Shown here piece after piece: positions 62,638 through 64,000 of a DNA stretch of 64,000 nt. The first letter of the stretch is position 1, and each line of letters begins with the position of its first letter. Both the position numbers and the translations under genes were made by a program. Below the pieces are notes generated by a model that saw only the letters and a list, made by a program, of their open reading frames with translations, was not told where the DNA came from and searched no databases. This stretch comes from a virus (lineage: Duplodnaviria > Heunggongvirae > Uroviricota > Caudoviricetes). Where the stretch lies: positions 36,031 to 100,030 of IMG/VR virus record IMGVR_UViG_3300033696_000004; one strand, given 5' to 3'.

Positions 62638-64000
62638 ATGAAACTGAATACAAACAATAGCGAAACTTTTAGCTCACACCAGATTAAACAACAAGAGTTC
62701 AAGATTACTGCAAGTGCTAAAGCATTTAAAATCTTGTCGTCAAATCTGTATCGTAACAAGATTCGTGCTATTATCCGTGAACTAAGTACCAATGCGTTGG
62801 ATGCACACATTTCTGCTGGTCATCCAGAGAAACCATTCCAATTGCACTTACCATCTCAGTTAGATCCAATCTTCTGGATTCGTGACTTTGGTATTGGTCT
62901 TTCTAAGGAACAAGTATTCTCATTGTACACTACGTATTTCGAGTCTACTAAGTCTGATTCGAATGACTTCGTTGGTGCATTAGGTTTAGGTTCTAAGTCA
63001 CCGTTTTCGTATGTTGATTCATTTACAGTTACATCATTTTACAATGGTGAGAAACGTATCTATGACATGTCGTTGAAGGGTGGTGTTCCTAACGTAGCCG
63101 AGTTATACAGTGGTACTACGGACGAAGAAAACGGTCTATTGATCTCAGTATCAGTAAATGATAATGATTTAGTTCGTTTCCGCAATGAAGCATCTTATGT
63201 CTATAAGACATTCAAAACAAAACCACGTTTTGTTGGTGCTGGTACTTCAGTTGACTTAGGTAATGTTGTTGATCATGGTAGCTATCGTATTGCTAGTGAT
63301 TCTACTTATACCAATGGCGTTTATGCTGTAATGGGCAACATTGCTTATCCTTTAGCAAATGAACTTGTTAACGGTACAGTTTTGGGTTCGATGTCGAATT
63401 CACGTAGTGTGTTTATTGATTTTGCGTTGGGTGAATTGGATATTACTCCATCTCGTGAAGAATTGTCTTACGACCCAGATACAGAAGCTATGCTGAAAGA
63501 CCGTTTGGATAACATGAACATTGTTCTATTGGTTGACATCCTTGAGAAATATAAAGATGAAACCCAACCACGTGACGTTTATCACAAGATCTCACAGAAA
63601 GAACCACACCAATTGGTTAACATTGTGATGAATAAGGTGATTATTGATGGTAAGTCAATTCGTCAGTGGCAAGAAGAATGTAAGTGGGAAAACAAAGTAG
63701 TCCACGACAGCTATAAGTATCGTCGTGTCGAAATGAATGGTGGGGAGCCACGTTCTAAGTTCCGTGGTAAGTCTTCTTGGGATAATGATGATCTAGGCGA
63801 AATTAGCCGTACTCAAATCAAAATCTTCTTGAATGATGACAAAAAAGCACCATTGCAAACTTTACGTGGTCTATACAAACTTGGTGAAATCAAAAACGAA
63901 GTTGTCTGGATGTTTGATACTCATGACATCAATCAGAAAACTATAGCAGATGATTTAATCGCTAAGTGGGGTACTCATACTGGATGTAAAGTCTTTATCA
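62638..64000 (+). CDS. rIIA: rIIA membrane-associated protein (5' portion, continues beyond the window)
   Basis: N-terminus matches T4 rIIA as recalled (KAFKILSSNLYRNKIRAIIRELSTNALDAH vs [30 protein letters not shown], and GLGSKSPFSY, D.APSREELS). The listed ORF track ends before this gene because it runs off the window. Confidence 0.85.
   Translation, partial: MKLNTNNSETFSSHQIKQQEFKITASAKAFKILSSNLYRNKIRAIIRELSTNALDAHISAGHPEKPFQLHLPSQLDPIFWIRDFGIGLSKEQVFSLYTTYFESTKSDSNDFVGALGLGSKSPFSYVDSFTVTSFYNGEKRIYDMSLKGGVPNVAELYSGTTDEENGLLISVSVNDNDLVRFRNEASYVYKTFKTKPRFVGAGTSVDLGNVVDHGSYRIASDSTYTNGVYAVMGNIAYPLANELVNGTVLGSMSNSRSVFIDFALGELDITPSREELSYDPDTEAMLKDRLDNMNIVLLVDILEKYKDETQPRDVYHKISQKEPHQLVNIVMNKVIIDGKSIRQWQEECKWENKVVHDSYKYRRVEMNGGEPRSKFRGKSSWDNDDLGEISRTQIKIFLNDDKKAPLQTLRGLYKLGEIKNEVVWMFDTHDINQKTIADDLIAKWGTHTGCKVFI

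Overview
This 64 kb window is a low-GC, almost entirely plus-strand early/middle region of a T4-like (Tevenvirinae-type) myophage genome. The assignment rests on direct protein similarity to T4 proteins that I recall well: gp55 late sigma, gp47/gp46 (Mre11/Rad50-like), gp45 clamp, gp44/gp62 clamp loader, RegA, gp43 DNA polymerase, UvsX, gp41 helicase, gp61 primase, a gp56-like dUTPase-fold enzyme, DexA, Dam, gp39 topoisomerase II, the rIIA N-terminus, endonuclease VII, and NrdA/B, NrdD/G, Tk, Trx and Grx. Gene order follows T4 synteny (55-47-46-45-44-62-regA-43-uvsX-41-61-56-dexA-dam-39-rIIA). No dCMP hydroxymethylase or glucosyltransferase sits at the T4-syntenic slots.

The first ~12 kb is a large tRNA island with 18 canonical tRNA genes that I folded by hand. 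Two HNH homing endonuclease genes are interleaved with them, and there are long ORF-free stretches and several degenerate tRNA-like repeats. A second cluster at 23.6-24.3 kb holds five tandem tRNA-like genes. Each has intact acceptor, D and T arms but carries a ~45-50 nt insertion in the anticodon arm, and every insertion contains a conserved hairpin followed by TTCAGC. I consider this the most unusual element in the window.

Accessory content includes an early operon of a radical-SAM enzyme plus a short PurA/PurZ-like adenylosuccinate-synthetase homolog with D-to-S and E-to-T substitutions in its P-loop, which may point to base modification. There is also a GrcA glycyl-radical spare-part protein, a Mom-like protein, an NAD-salvage module (NadV, NatV, a Sir2-type sirtuin), a NupC-family nucleoside transporter, two vWA proteins, a Pol-beta nucleotidyltransferase, an SPFH protein and a 503-aa glycine-rich protein on the minus strand. 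Many T4-type early promoters (GTTTAC or TTGACA at -35, 17 +/- 1 bp, TATAAT) and rho-independent terminators are visible. I found no CRISPR array or integrase.
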